Below are positions 1-13,739 of a stretch of 64,000 nucleotides of DNA, in pieces; position 1 is the first letter of the stretch, and every line of letters begins with the position of its first letter. This DNA is from Macrostomum lignano. Lineage: Eukaryota. The stretch covers positions 62,001 to 126,000 of the forward strand of contig NIVC01000921.1 of the NCBI GenBank assembly GCA_002269645.1, in the 5' to 3' direction. The position numbers and the translations under genes were made by a program. The notes below the pieces were generated by a model. That model did not search any database. It was not told where the DNA came from and worked only from the letters and a program-made list of their open reading frames with translations.

Positions 1-52
1 AACAGTTTGTTCAATTCTGGCAGCTTTAGCGTCAACTAGAATTTCTGGGTAT

Positions 53-154
53 TTCTGGTAGGGACGAGTGGAGTGTTTCTGGTAAGGACGAGTGGAGTGA
101 TTCAGGTAGGGACGAGTGGAGTGATTTTGGTAGGGACGAGTGGAGTGATTCTGG
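53..154. repeat. 24-bp tandem repeat, about 4 copies
   Basis: Unit ttctggtagggacgagtggagtg(t/a) starting at 53, 77, 101 and 125. Confidence 0.85.
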
Positions 155-235
155 AAAAGACAGAGAAGAATCTAAGGACTAAGTGTCAATAAAAGGTCGT
201 ATTTGAGGCTGACAAGATGCGAGTTTCTCCCGCAG

Positions 236-1349
236 ATGAGCTCGAGCATGTACATGGAAAAGTTGTCAGGCTACGTGTACGGCGGTGCCAACTTTACAGC
301 CATCCAGTTGAGACACTTCGGAAGCGAAAATTTTTCTGATGACGCCCAGGTGAGAAAACACAAATGATGAATAACGGATTGACTCGCTTTGAAAGCTGCA
401 GTCACTTAAAGTGACTACAGTAAATAATTAATGGAACAGATCAGAAGTAGCTTATGAATTATCGCTGTTTGCTACAATTTTGCATGAACAGCCAGCAAAT
501 AGGCCAATGCTCCCGTGAGACTGCTCACTCTGTCTGTGCTAATCGAAACTGAAATTGACGCTTCTCAGTGAGGGACTTATGACTGGTGTTTATTTCATTT
601 GTTAGGCCAGGGGCTCTTAGAGGCTAACAAGCTTCACGGCTTGAATACGGAGACTTCTGACACTAACCTGACACTGACACCTTCGGGAAACAATGATTGG
701 AACCATTTTCTTTAGAGCTTGAAACGAAGTACTGCAGTGAATAATAATTTCTGCTTCAGCTCGACCAGATACTTAATTCAGAGGCCGAACAGGTGCCGCA
801 AGCTGCTTACCTGACCACCAAGTCGAGCGACAGGCCCGACGGCTCGAGCTCACAAGCTCGAAGCTTCACATAGTAGAAATCTTTTCAAGTTGTGAGCTAA
901 CGGAAGTAAATTTTTAGTTGATTATAAAACTTCTTTTCACCTAAGCTTTAGAAAAAATCCAACTCAATGGCCCATTCAGACAGAAACTTTCTCTCTTGCA
1001 AATGCAATACAGGCTACTCATGTCAGTAGCAATAATAAAATACTCGTACAATCAGAAAAACAAACAATCATCTGTGCGAAAAGCTAACTGAAGAGATTTC
1101 GCACCTGCAAAAGGAGCAGTACTTGAGCAGCTCACCGAGCATTAGCTCAAGCGTTACAATGTCACCAAGCCGTGCAGCGAGCTGGCAGCCAACAAAACCG
1201 ACACCGGCGTATTCGGTGTCGACGCCGTCGGAGGCGTCTTCGTGGCCCCGCTAAGCGGCCTGTCCGCAGCTGTCTGTGTCTGCCTGTTGAAACTGTTAAT
1301 TCGGCTGACCTGAAGCTCCGACGTGAGCCGTCTGCTGTCTGTCTTAGTT

Positions 1350-1424
<75 letters not shown>

Positions 1425-1427
1425 TAG

Positions 1428-1512
<85 letters not shown>

Positions 1513-1847
1513 TAGTGTCTGTCTGTCTGTCTGTCTGTCTTAGTGTCTGTCTGTCTGTCTGTCTGTCCTGACTCTCCAGTCGTCAGCAACCACTTCAGCT
1601 GCCACGGAGCTGCTGCCGCCGCGGCAGAGACGAAGTTCGGACTTGCTGGCGAGCTGACTGGCAGATTCGAAGATATCGAAATCATTCATTGACTGGACAG
1701 GACAGGACAGGATCGTCATTATTGACAATATGAGAGCAATGCCCTTCGCTGACAAATCTCTAATGAAAATCAAATGCAATAAGCGAGTAAATTTTCATGA
1801 TTATCACCTTGATTTTTCTTGTGTTAGTACAAATAGCGAACAGAAAG
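236..1847 (+). pseudogene. Decayed ionotropic glutamate receptor (AMPA/kainate-like) gene fragments
   Basis: Exon 236-349 (cgcag|...CAG|gtgag) reads MYMEKLSGYVYGGANFTAIQL, resembling the iGluR amino-terminal 'GGANVTGFQL' motif. About 1081-1322 reads EEISHLQKEQYL-QLTEH*LKRYNVTKPCSELAANKTDTGVFGVDAVGGVFVAPLSGLSAAVCVCLLKLLIRLT*, resembling the end of S2 plus M4 ('C...[21 protein letters not shown]'). That segment has a frameshift, TAG at 1143, TGA at 1311 and a donor gtgagc at 1323. A further exon-like segment 1580-1847 is open for 89 codons except one TGA, with donor aag|gtcagt at 1848. Similarity was judged by eye. Confidence 0.45.
1330..1566. repeat. (GTCT)n microsatellite with gtcttagt interruptions
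   Basis: Directly visible; lies between donor 1323 and acceptor 1579. Confidence 0.97.
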
Positions 1848-1879
1848 GTCAGTACAGTAGGTAGCAGAGGGAGAGAAGT

Positions 1880-4800
1880 AAGTAGAGAGAAGAAGAGTAG
1901 CGAGAATCGGAAGAGGGAGACTAGCGGATAAAGAGGGGAGAGTAGCGAGGAGAGAAGGGAGAGTAGCGAAGAGAGAAGTGAGAGTAGCGAGGAGAGAAGT
2001 GAGAGTAGCGAGGAGAGAAGGGAGAGTAGCGAGGAGAGAAGTGAGAGTAGCGAGGAGAGAAGTGAGAGTAGCGAGGAGAGAAAGGAGAGTAGCGAGGAGA
2101 GAAGTGAGAGTAGCAAAAAGAGAAGTGAGAGTAGCAAAAAGAGAAGTGAGAGTAGCAAAAAGAGAAGTGAGAGTAGCGAGGAGAGAAGGGAGAGTAGCGA
2201 GGAGAGAAGTGAGAGTAGCGAGGAGAGAAGGGAGAGTAGCGAGGAGAGAAGTGAGAGTAGCGAGGAGAGAAGTGAGAGTAGCGAGGAGAGAAGGGAGAGT
2301 AGCGAGGAGAGAAGTGAGAGTAACGAGGAGAGAAGTGAGAGTAGCGAAGAGAGAAGTGAGAGTAGCGAAGAGAGAATGGAGAGTAGCGAGGAGAGAAGTG
2401 AGAGTAACGAGGAGAGAAGTGAGAGTAGCGAAGAGAGAAGTGAGAGTAGCGAAGAGAGAATGGAGAGTAGCGAGGAGAGAAGTAAGAGTAGCGAGGAGAT
2501 AAGTGAGAGTAGCGAGGAGAGAAGTGAGAGTAGCGAGGAGAAAAGTGAGAGTAACAAAAAGAGAAGGGAGAGTAGCGAGGAGAGAAGTGAAAGTAGCGAG
2601 GAGAGAAGGGAGAGTAGCAAGAAGAGAAGTGAGAGTAGCGAGGAGAGAAGTGAGAGTAGCGAGGAGAGAAGGGAGAGTAGCAAGAAGAGAAGTGAGAGTA
2701 GCGAGGAGAGAAGTGAGAGTAGCGAAGAGAGAATGGAGAGTAGCGAGGAGATAAGTGAGAGTAGCGAGGATATAGGTGAGAGTAGCAAAAAGAGAAGGGA
2801 GAGTAGCGAGGAGATAAGTGAGAGTAGCAAAAAGAGAAGGGAGAGTAGCGAGGAGAGAAGTGAGAGTAGCGAGGAGAGAAGTGAGAGTAGCAAAAAGAGA
2901 AGTGAGAGTAGCAAAAAGAGAAGTGAGAGTAGCGAGGAGAGAAGGGAGAGAAGGGAGAGTAGCGAGGAGAGAAGGGAGAGTAGCGAGGAGAGAAGTGAGA
3001 GTAGCGAGGAGAGAAGTGAGAGTAGCGAGGAGAGAAGTGAGAGTAGCGAGGAGAGAAGTGAGAGTAGCGAGGAGAGAAGGGAGAGAAGTGAGAGTAGCGA
3101 GGAGAGAAGTGAGAGTAGCGAGGAGAGAAGGGAGAGAAGGGAGAGTAGCGAGGAGAGAAGGGAGAGTAGCGAGGAGAGAAGGGAGAGTAGCGAGGAGAGA
3201 AGGGAGAGTAGCGAGGAGAGAAGTGAGAGTAGCGAGGAGAGAAGGGAGAGTAGCGAGGAGAGAAGTGAGAGTAGCGAGGAGAGAAGGGAGAGAAGGGAGA
3301 GTAGCGAGGAGAGAAGTGAGAGTAGCGAGGAGAGAAGGGAGAGTAGCGAGGAGAGAAGTGAGAGTAACGAGGAGAGAAGTGAGAGTAGCGAAGAGAGAAG
3401 TGAGAGTAGCGAAGAGAGAATGGAGAGTAGCGAGGAGAGAAGTGAGAGTAGGGAGGAGAGAAGAGAGAGTAGCGAAGAGAGAATGGAGAGTAGCGAGGAG
3501 ATAAGTGAGAGTGGCGAGGAGAGAAGTAAGAGTAGCGAGGAGATAAGTGAGAGTAGCGAGGAGAGAAGTGAGAGTAGCGAGGAGAGAAGTGAGAGTAACA
3601 AAAAGAGAAGGGAGAGTAGCGAGGAGAGAAGTGAGAGTAGCGAGGAGAGAAGGGAGAGTAGCGAAGAGAGAAGTGAGAGTAGCAAGGAGAGAAGTGAGAG
3701 TAGCAAAAAGAGAAGGGAGAGTAGCGAGGAGATAAGTGAGAGTAGCGAGGAGAGAAGTGAGAGTAGCGAGGAGAGAAGGGAGAGTAGCGAAGAGAGAAGT
3801 GAGAGTAGCAAGGAGAGAAGTGAGAGTAGCAAAAAGAGAAGGGAGAGTAGCGAGGAGAGAAGTGAGAGTAGCGAGGAGAGAAGTGAGAGTAGCAAAAAGA
3901 GAAGTGAGAGTAGCAAAAAGAGAAGTGAGAGTAGCGAGGAGAGAAGGGAGAGTAGCGAGGAGAGAAGTGAGAGTAGCGAGGAGAGAAGGGAGAGTAGCGA
4001 GGAGAGAAGTGAGAGTAGCGAGGAGAGAAGGGAGAGTAGCGAGGAGAGAAGTGAGAGTAACGAGGAGAGAAGTGAGAGTAGCGAAGAGAGAAGTGAGAGT
4101 AGCGAAGAGAGAATGGAGAGTAGCGAGGAGAGAAGTGAGAGTAACGAGGAGAGAAGAGAGAGTAGCGAAGAGAGAAGTGAGAGTAGCGAAGAGAGAATGG
4201 AGAGTAGCGAGGAGAGAAGTAAGAGTAGCGAGGAGATAAGTGAGAGTAGCGAGGAGAGAAGTGAGAGTAGCGAGGAGAAAAGTGAGAGTAACAAAAAGAG
4301 AAGGGAGAGTAGCGAGGAGAGAAGTGAGAGTAGCGAGGAGAGAAGGGAGAGTAGCGAGGAGAGAAGTGAGAGTAGCGAGGAGAGAAGTGAGAGTAGCGAG
4401 GAGAGAAGGGAGAGTAGCAAGAAGAGAAGTGAGAGTAGCGAGGAGAGAAGTGAGAGTAGCGAAGAGAGAATGGAGAGTAGCGAGGAGATAAGTGAGAGTA
4501 GCGAGGATATAGGTGAGAGTAACAAAAAGAGAAGGGAGAGTAGCAAAAGATAAGTGAGAGTAGCAAAAAGAGAAGGGAGAGTAGCGAGGAGAGAAGTGAG
4601 AGTAGCGAGGAGAGAAGTGAGAGTAGCAAAAAGAGAAGTGAGAGTAGCAAAAAGAGAAGTGAGAGTAGCGAGGAGAGAAGGGAGAGAAGGGAGAGTAGCG
4701 AGGAGAGAAGGGAGAGTAGCGAGGAGAGAAGTGAGAGTAGCGAGGAGAGAAGTGAGAGTAGCGAGGAGAGAAGTGAGAGTAGCGAGGAGAGAAGTGAGAG

Positions 4801-6900
4801 TAGCGAGGAGAGAAGGGAGAGAAGTGAGAGTAGCGAGGAGAGAAGTGAGAGTAGCGAGGAGAGAAGGGAGAGAAGGGAGAGTAGCGAGGAGAGAAGGGAG
4901 AGTAGCGAGGAGAGAAGGGAGAGTAGCGAGGAGAGAAGGGAGAGTAGCGAGGAGAGAAGTGAGAGTAGTGAGGAGAGAAGGGAGAGTAGCGAGGAGAGAA
5001 GTGAGAGTAGCGAGGAGAGAAGGGAGAGAAGGGAGAGTAGCGAGGAGAGAAGTGAGAGTAGCGAGGAGAGAAGGGAGAGTAGCGAGGAGAGAAGTGAGAG
5101 TAACGAGGAGAGAAGTGAGAGTAGCGAAGAGAGAAGTGAGAGTAGCGAAGAGAGAATGGAGAGTAGCGAGGAGAGAAGTGAGAGTAGGAGGAGAGAAGAG
5201 AGAGTAGCGAAGAGAGAATGGAGAGTAGCGAGGAGATAAGTGAGAGTGGCGAGGAGAGAAGTAAGAGTAGCGAGGAGATAAGTGAGAGTAGCGAGGAGAG
5301 AAGTGAGAGTAGCGAGGAGAGAAGTGAGAGTAACAAAAAGAGAAGGGAGAGTAGCGGGGAGAGAAGTGAGAGTAGCGAGGAGAGAAGGGAGAGTAGCAAG
5401 AAGAGAAGTGAGAGTAGCGAGGAGAGAAGTGAGAGTAGCGAGGAGAGAAGGGAGAGTAGCGAGGAGAGAAGTGAGAGTAGCGAGGAGAGAAGTGAGAGTA
5501 GCGAGGAGAGAAGGGAGAGAAGGGAGAGTAGCGAGGAGAGAAGGGAGAGTAGCGAGGAGAGAAGTGAGAGTAGCGAGGAGAGAAGTGAGAGTAGCAAAAA
5601 GAGAAGGGAGAGTAGCGAAGAGAGAATGGAGAGTAGCGAGGAGATAAGTGAGAGTAGCGAGGAGAGAAGTGAGAGTAGCGATGAGATAAGTGAGAGTAGC
5701 GAGGAGAGAAGTGAGAGTAGCGAGGAGAGAAGGGAGAGTAGGGAGGAGAGAAGAGAGAGTAGCGAAGAGAGAATGGAGAGTAGCGAGGAGATAAGTGAGA
5801 GTAGCGAGGAGAGAAGTGAGAGTAGCGAGGAGATAAGTGAGAGTAGCGAGGAGAGAAGTGAGAGTAGCGAGGAGAGAAGGGAGAGTAGCAAAAACAGAAG
5901 GGAGAGTAGCGAAGAGAGAATGGAGAGTAGCGAGGAGAGAAGTGAGAGTAGGGAGGAGAGAAGAGAGAGTAGCGAAGAGAGAATGGAGAGTAGCGAAGAG
6001 AGAATGGAGAGTAGCGAGGAGAGAAGTGAGAGTAGGGAGGAGATAAGTGAGAGTAGCGAGGAGAGAAGTGAGAGTAGCAAAAAGAGAAGTGAGAGTAGCG
6101 AGGAGAGAAGGGAGAGTAGCGAGGAGAGAAGGGAGAGTAGCGAGGAGAGAAGTGAGAGTAGCGAGGAGAGAAGGGAGAGTAGCGAGGAGAGAAGTGAGAG
6201 TAACGAGGAGAGAAGTGAGAGTAGCGAAGAGAGAAGTGAGAGTAGCGAGGAGAGAAGTGAGAGTAGCGAGGAGAGAAGGGAGAGTAGCGAGGAGAGAAGT
6301 GAGAGTAGCGAGGAGAGAAGGGAGAGAAGGGAGAGTAGCGAGGAGAGAAGGGAGAGAAGGGAGAGTAGCGAGGAGAGAAGGGAGAGAAGGGAGAGTAGCG
6401 AGGAGAGAAGGGAGAGTAGCGAGGAGAGAAGGGAGAGAAGGGAGAGTAGCGAGGAGAGAAGGGAGAGTAGCGAGGAGAGAAGGGAGAAAAGGGAGAGTAG
6501 CGAGGAGAGAAGGGAGAGTAGCGAGGAGAGAAGTGAGAGTAGCGAGGAGAGAAGTGAGAGTAGCGAGGAGAGAAGGGAGAGAAGGGAGAGTAGCGAGGAG
6601 AGAAGCGAGAGTAGCAAAAAGAGAAGTGAGAGTAGCGAGGAGAGAAGGGAGAGTAGCAAGAAGAGAAGGGAGAGTAGCGAGGAGAGAAGTGAGAGTAGCG
6701 AGGAGAGAAGTGAGAGTAGCAAAAAGAGAACGGAGAGTAGCGAGGAGAGAAGTGAGAGTAGCGAGGAGAGAAGGGAAAGTAGCGAGGAGAGAAGTGAGAG
6801 TAGCGAGGAGAGAAGGGAGAGTAGCGAGGAGAGAAGGGAGAGTAGCGAGGAGAGAAGTGAGAGTAGCGAGGAGAGAAGAGAGAGTAGCGAGGAGAGAGTA
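1880..6900. repeat. About 5-kb purine-rich 21-bp minisatellite (gagagtagcgaggagagaag(t/g)) with higher-order duplication
   Basis: 21-bp unit with 9-bp gagagaagg insert variants; rare variants recur at about 1736-bp spacing. Confidence 0.97.
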
Positions 6901-7859
6901 AATGTGTGAGTAATGAAAGGCATTGGGCAGGCCTTTTCAGTTTAAAAAAATTGTAAGACATTTTAAGTTTCCAGCGGCTGCTCTCTCAAAACAAACAAAA
7001 ATTGATGAATGCCGTAAATTAAAAAAATTCTGTTTTTGATAGAATCTACAAAACTGAAACCGACACGTATCGGGTTTTGGAAGAAAAAATTGTCTCTTGA
7101 CACCCCCAGCCGCCTACTGAACACCCACCGGGCGTCTCCGTGATGAATGATGTGCACTAAACTGCATCGGAAAAGGGCAGGCTAATGGATTTGGTTGAAA
7201 ATTCAGCTGAAACCTACACAGCTTCATCAGACAGACTAAAAAGGAACGCCGATTTCCCTTGGGACAAATCTAACTGAACTGCTAAAAACCTGAGGCAGGA
7301 AATTCCCCTACAAATCTCTATCAGTCTGTCTGTTGCATGGCAGCTTACTAGACTAAACGATTCGGTATGCTTAAAAGTGCTCTTAAACTGGGGTGAGTCG
7401 AGCAGACCCCGCCGTGATTTTTTAGTGGAGAACTCTGTAGCGGGAGTTCACTCTCTTGCCTGGCTTTTTCCCTGGGGTCCGGAATGTGGGATAAGGCTCC
7501 AGGGATCGAATGTGTCCCACACCCTGGGGCCTGGACTGCGCGGACCGAAGGCACTTAATTAAAAAAAACACCAAGCTAAAATGTGTTTGGCGCGTACTTG
7601 CCGCTTGACTGATTAGCCTGACCGACTGTTTCTGAACACTGCCACTTAACCTCGATGCGTACTCTGGACATTAGCTGCGCTTTTAAGATCTGTGCGGCCG
7701 GCCTCGCACTTTTAGTCACTTCCTCTGTGCGACTTTTCTTTGTGTAGATTGATTGATCCTTCCGTTTGTCTGGTTTCCTTTTGCTTGCTAATATATTGTT
7801 TAACGAGTTCTGACTCCTGCAAACGTTTTGCCTCGCTCTTTGCCTCGCTCTCTGCACTT

Positions 7860-8230
7860 TGCACTCTTCTCTCTCCTCTCTCCTCTGCCCCCTTCTCTCT
7901 CCACTCTCCTCTCTCGACTCTCCTCTTTCCTCTCTCCTGTCTCCACTCTACACTCCCCTCTCTCCTCTGTCCTCTCTCCTGTCTCCACTCTCCTCTTTCC
8001 TCTTTTCTCTCTCCTCTCTCCTCTCTCCTGTCTCCACTCTCCACTCTCCTGTATCCTCTCTCCTCTCTCCTCTGTCCCCTTCTCTCTCCACTCTCCTCTC
8101 TCGACTCTCCTCTTTCCTCTCTCCTGTCTCCACTCTACACTCCCCTCTCTCCATCCTCCACTCTCTACTCCCTCGCTCTCTCTAGTCTCTGTAAACTCTT
8201 CTCTCTACTCTTTGCTCTCTCCACTCTCTT
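7860..8230. repeat. Pyrimidine-rich (CT) low-complexity repeat
   Basis: ctctcctctctcc / ctcctgtctccactct units with internal duplication. Confidence 0.85.
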
Positions 8231-8849
8231 CTTGTTTCCCCATTTTACCTCATACATAAGCCTCTCAATTCATCATTGCGAACTGATTTCTCATGAATTT
8301 TCATGCAACCCTGATCGCCCCAATCTCTGCGCAGCACCTGAAAAATCCCCGTCTGATAATCGATTCTCATCGCCCCGATCCATTCGAATTAATTCTCTTC
8401 CCAGAAATTTCATTTCTCTTTCCCCAGCAAAGCCGTACTCGTCAGCTGTTCCACTAAGCCCGGGTCTCTTGCTTGCGGTTCCCATCGTCCTATGCTCTAC
8501 AACACACTCGTAGCTAAGCCGGGCCGGGCCGGGCCAATGCAGACAGTTGAGCAACCAGTGCTTACAAAACATGCAGCCAGCAGTCTCTCTTCTTCATCTT
8601 TCTATAGCTCATATCATCTCCTCTCACGAATTCATTCAGGCATCTGCCCGCATCTCATCGCAACAGATTTCGTGATTTCTCATCTTCGCTAAGAATAATA
8701 AATTGCTGGCTAAGCTTTGGAAACCTGGCGTCTGCGTCTCTCGATGGGTTAGCGCGGCATGTCCTTTTTCATAGTGCATACATGGCCTCTATACACTGCA
8801 TCATGGCTATCTCACACTTTCTGGCCTTAAGTGACCGCTTTCTGTATGT

Positions 8850-10246
<1,397 letters not shown>

Positions 10247-10939
10247 CAACCATCCAGCTCTCAGCTGACCTGAATTTCACTTTGGCACATGAAAAGCAGC
10301 AAGCGCGTCAAGCATTTAATTGGAGATCGCGGCCCTGGCGATATTGCAGTTCCGCAATTCGAGCCTAAGGGCCCAGCATATGAATCTGGAATCTTTTCCA
10401 GTCAGAGATGAGGCCGAGGCTAGAAACTGCGGGACGTCAGAATATCAGCGTTAAATGCGGCATCAATCAATCCCTCCACTCTGCCGCTTCTATTTTGGTC
10501 TCGCTCTGAAAAAAATTCAAATAGCGAAAAATGCTTCGCCTCTTTCACATTTCTGGTCGCAGATCTGCCAGCGAAGAGCAATTCCAGCAACACTGAGCCG
10601 GTGCAGAGAAAGAAAGGGTTGGGAATAAGAGATCGTATCGCCGCTCTTCAAATCTCCCCCCCCCCCAGTCACGAATTCGTCCCCAATAGCGGCGGCGAGC
10701 ACAGAGTTTGGCGGGGTTCCGGCTTTACCCATGCAGCCTCCTCTAGCTTCATCAGTCGCGGACCAACTGGCGGCTCCGGAGATCGGAGAAAAGGGTAGAG
10801 GGAGCAGCTACTAGGGGAGAAAAAGGGATCTAGCTATGCGGATAATAAGACGCAGGAGCAGTAGAAGAAATAAAGACGCATGGGATAAAAGAATAAAGAG
10901 CTGAGCAGTTGATCTCCACTACAGAAGTTCTGCATAGCC

Positions 10940-11662
10940 ATGGCTCTGCTGCTGGCCGAGCAGAGACAGCCGCTGATTGTGGGCAGAGAATCCGCTCTCC
11001 CAGCTGCTCAGCCGCAGCCTCTTGAATTCCTGCAGCATCAGCGACGACTCGAGCCGGCTTCATCATCGTCGCCGTCGTCGCAGGCGCGTCCGTCCTTTCA
11101 GATCCAAGCGCTGGACGCGTCGCCACGCCCGTTGCGAGTCGTCGTTCAACCCGACGCGACCATCGGAGGCGGTGCCGCCAGCCGCTGCGTCCTCATCGCC
11201 AACAGCGGCGCCCGCGAGTGCACCTGCGCCAGCTTGACAGCTTCGCGGCTTCCCTCGCCGACGATCCCGCCGGCAGCTCCGTCGTTGTCGTCGCCGAAAA
11301 CGACGCGGTCGCCTCCGCCGTTGTCAGTGCCGCCGCTGCTGCAACCGCCGGCGCAGTCGCCAAATGAGTCGCCAAATCCGCAGAGAATCACCTACCTGGG
11401 CATGTCGTTTGTCACCTGCATCTTCTTCAACTTCCTGTTCGGCGGTCTGGCAGTCCTCGTGTCCATCCGGTCGCATCGGACTCTGGCGGCCAGCTTGACG
11501 GCCGACACGGCAGCCGGCGTTGGCAGGCAGCGGCGCAAAGCCGCCCAGCTGGGCCGGTGCGCCTGCTGGCTGAATTTGCTGGGCATCGTCATCTCCATGG
11601 CAACGGTTATTGCATTCTTTCAGACTTATTTGCACCCCGAACAGGCTGGCAAGCATAAGTGA
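10940..11662 (+). CDS. CD225/dispanin (IFITM/PRRT/SynDIG-like) membrane protein, 240 aa, intronless
   Basis: gccATGg start. Pro/Ser-rich N-terminus followed by YLGMSFVTCIFFNFLFGGLAVLVS...AAQLGRCACWLNLLGIVISMATVIAFF, the CD225 two-hydrophobic-segment pattern. Confidence 0.8.
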   Translation: MALLLAEQRQPLIVGRESALPAAQPQPLEFLQHQRRLEPASSSSPSSQARPSFQIQALDASPRPLRVVVQPDATIGGGAASRCVLIANSGARECTCASLTASRLPSPTIPPAAPSLSSPKTTRSPPPLSVPPLLQPPAQSPNESPNPQRITYLGMSFVTCIFFNFLFGGLAVLVSIRSHRTLAASLTADTAAGVGRQRRKAAQLGRCACWLNLLGIVISMATVIAFFQTYLHPEQAGKHK

Positions 11663-12506
11663 CTCTTGAGCTGAGTTTAACTTTCATTATTACTAACCCA
11701 AATACTAACCCCTTAACCCCTTGTATACTCGTAGTTGGGTGTCAGTTGGCGCTAAATTTGAGTCAATTAACGCCTTAAATTATTCGTCAGTTGGCGCTAA
11801 ATTTGAGTCAATTAGAAATTGAAGTAGCTCGTAGTTGTCAGTTCAATCAAATTCTCAGTTTATGCATTTTGTAATGTCAAATACTAAACCTCATTTCTGA
11901 GGAATATGTTTCATAATTCACTCAACTCAGAGGTATTCTAGCCAGGCTAGAAATATCCTACCAGTTGATGTTGTCAAATTCTAAACTACAGAACACAGCT
12001 ACATACGCATATACGATGCATTAACCTTGCCTCGCTCTGTACAAACGCTGCAGGAAATAGCTAGTTTCCTACTATAGCACAGCGCATCTAGCCTAATAAA
12101 TCTTATAGTAGAGAGCAGCTGTATGCAGCTTGACTCCGCGAGCATTTCCCTTTAGCAGGAACCGAGCACCCGCCCTCGCCCTCGCCCTCGTTGAAAGCAT
12201 TTGTCTTGCACTTTACGAGCCAGTAATCTACGACAGGCAAGTGTACAGTGAACATGGCTCTCTATAAGCTATAACTGGCTAATTATAGAAACCCGCGAGA
12301 GTCGCGTGTACACTTTGCTACACGCCATACATATATGGGTAATTTTGCTTACTCCGAACCGAATGCATCTGCTGGAGTCAAAATTTACATCGTTGCAAAT
12401 GGTTGCTGCAGATTTTTTATTACTTGAAACTGAGCTCTATCAGTTAACGCATTGCTACTCATAAGTATCTCATCTAATTTATAAATATTTCCTGCTTAAA
12501 AGTCTC

Positions 12507-13736
12507 TGTTGTCACCCCTGGGGGATCAGTTGTTGTCACCCCTGAGGGATCAGTTGTTGTCACCCTGAGGGATCAGTTGTTGTCACCCTGAGGGATCAGT
12601 TGTTGTCACCCATGAGGGATCAGTTGTTGTCACCCCTGAGGGATCAGTTGTTGTCACCCCTGAGGGATCAGTTGTTGTCACCCATAAGGGATCAGTTGTT
12701 GTCACCCTGAGGGATCAGTTGTTGTCACCCATAAGGGATCAGTTGTTGTCACCCATAAGGGATCAGTTGTTGTCACCCATGAGGGATCAGTTGTTGTCAC
12801 CTCTGAGGGATCAGTTGTTGTCACCCCTGAGGGATCAGTTGTTGTCACCCATTAGGGATCAGTTGTTGTCACCCCTGAGGGATCAGTTGTTGTCACCCCT
12901 TAGAGATCAGTTGTTGTCACCCCTGAGGGATCAGTTGTTGTCACCCATTAGGGATCAGTTGTTGTCACCCATGAGGGATCAGTTGTTGTCACCCATTAGG
13001 GATCAGTTGTTGTCACCCATGAGGGATCAGTTGTTGTCACACCTGAGGGATCAGTTGTTGTCACCCATGAGGGATCAGTTGTTGTCACCCATGAGGGATT
13101 AGTTGTTGTCACCCCTGAGGGATCAGTTGTTGTCACCCATGAGGGATCAGTTGTTGTCACCCCTGAGGGATCAGTTGTTGTCACCCCTGAGGGATCAGTT
13201 GTTGTCACCCCTGAGGGATCAGTTGTTGTCACCCATGAGGGATCAGTTGTTGTCACCCATGAGGGATCAGTTGTTGTCACCCATGAGGGATCAGTTGTTG
13301 TCACCCCTGAGGGATCAGTTGTTGTCACCCATGAGGGATCAGTTGTTGTCACCCCTGAGGGATCAGTTGTTGTCACCCCTGAGGGATCAGTTGTTGTCAC
13401 CCCTGAGGGATCAGTTGTTGTCACCCCTGAGGGATCAGTTGTTGTCACCCCTGAGGGATCAGTTGTTGTCACCCATGAGGGATCAGTTGTTGTCACCCAT
13501 GAGGGATCAGTTGTTGTCACCCATGAGGGATCAGTTGTTGTCACCCCTGAGGGATCAGTTGTTGTCACCCATGAGGGATCAGTTGTTGTCACCCCTGAGG
13601 GATCAGTTGTTGTCACCCCTGAGGGATCAGTTGTTGTCACCCCTGAGGGATCAGTTGTTGTCACCCATGAGGGATCAGTTGTTGTCACCCCTGAGGGATC
13701 AGTTGTTTTCACGCTGTCACCCATGAGGGATCAGTT
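12507..13736. repeat. 24-bp minisatellite, about 51 copies
   Basis: Unit gagggatcagttgttgtcaccc(c/a)t, no unique spacers. Confidence 0.97.
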
Positions 13737-13739
13737 GCT

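Noticed and set aside
1760-6961. ORFs of 500-1733 aa on both strands ([28 protein letters not shown])
   Set aside because: A 21-bp unit is stop-free in most frames. Frames swap at indels, several strands and frames are open at once, and the array lies between a donor (1848) and an acceptor (6974).
7340-7570. Structured GC-rich segment with a ttcgatccc B-box-like word and an A-rich end (tRNA/SINE?)
   Set aside because: No cloverleaf, the T-arm-like stem is interrupted, there is no clear A-box or TSD, and no second copy occurs in the window.
11710-11815. ttaacccctt start plus a 29-bp direct repeat (piggyBac-like MITE?)
   Set aside because: No matching right TIR or TTAA was found.
12507-13736. 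CRISPR-like appearance of the 20-44-bp arrays throughout the window
   Set aside because: Units are head-to-tail with no unique spacers, there are no cas genes, and the context is eukaryotic.
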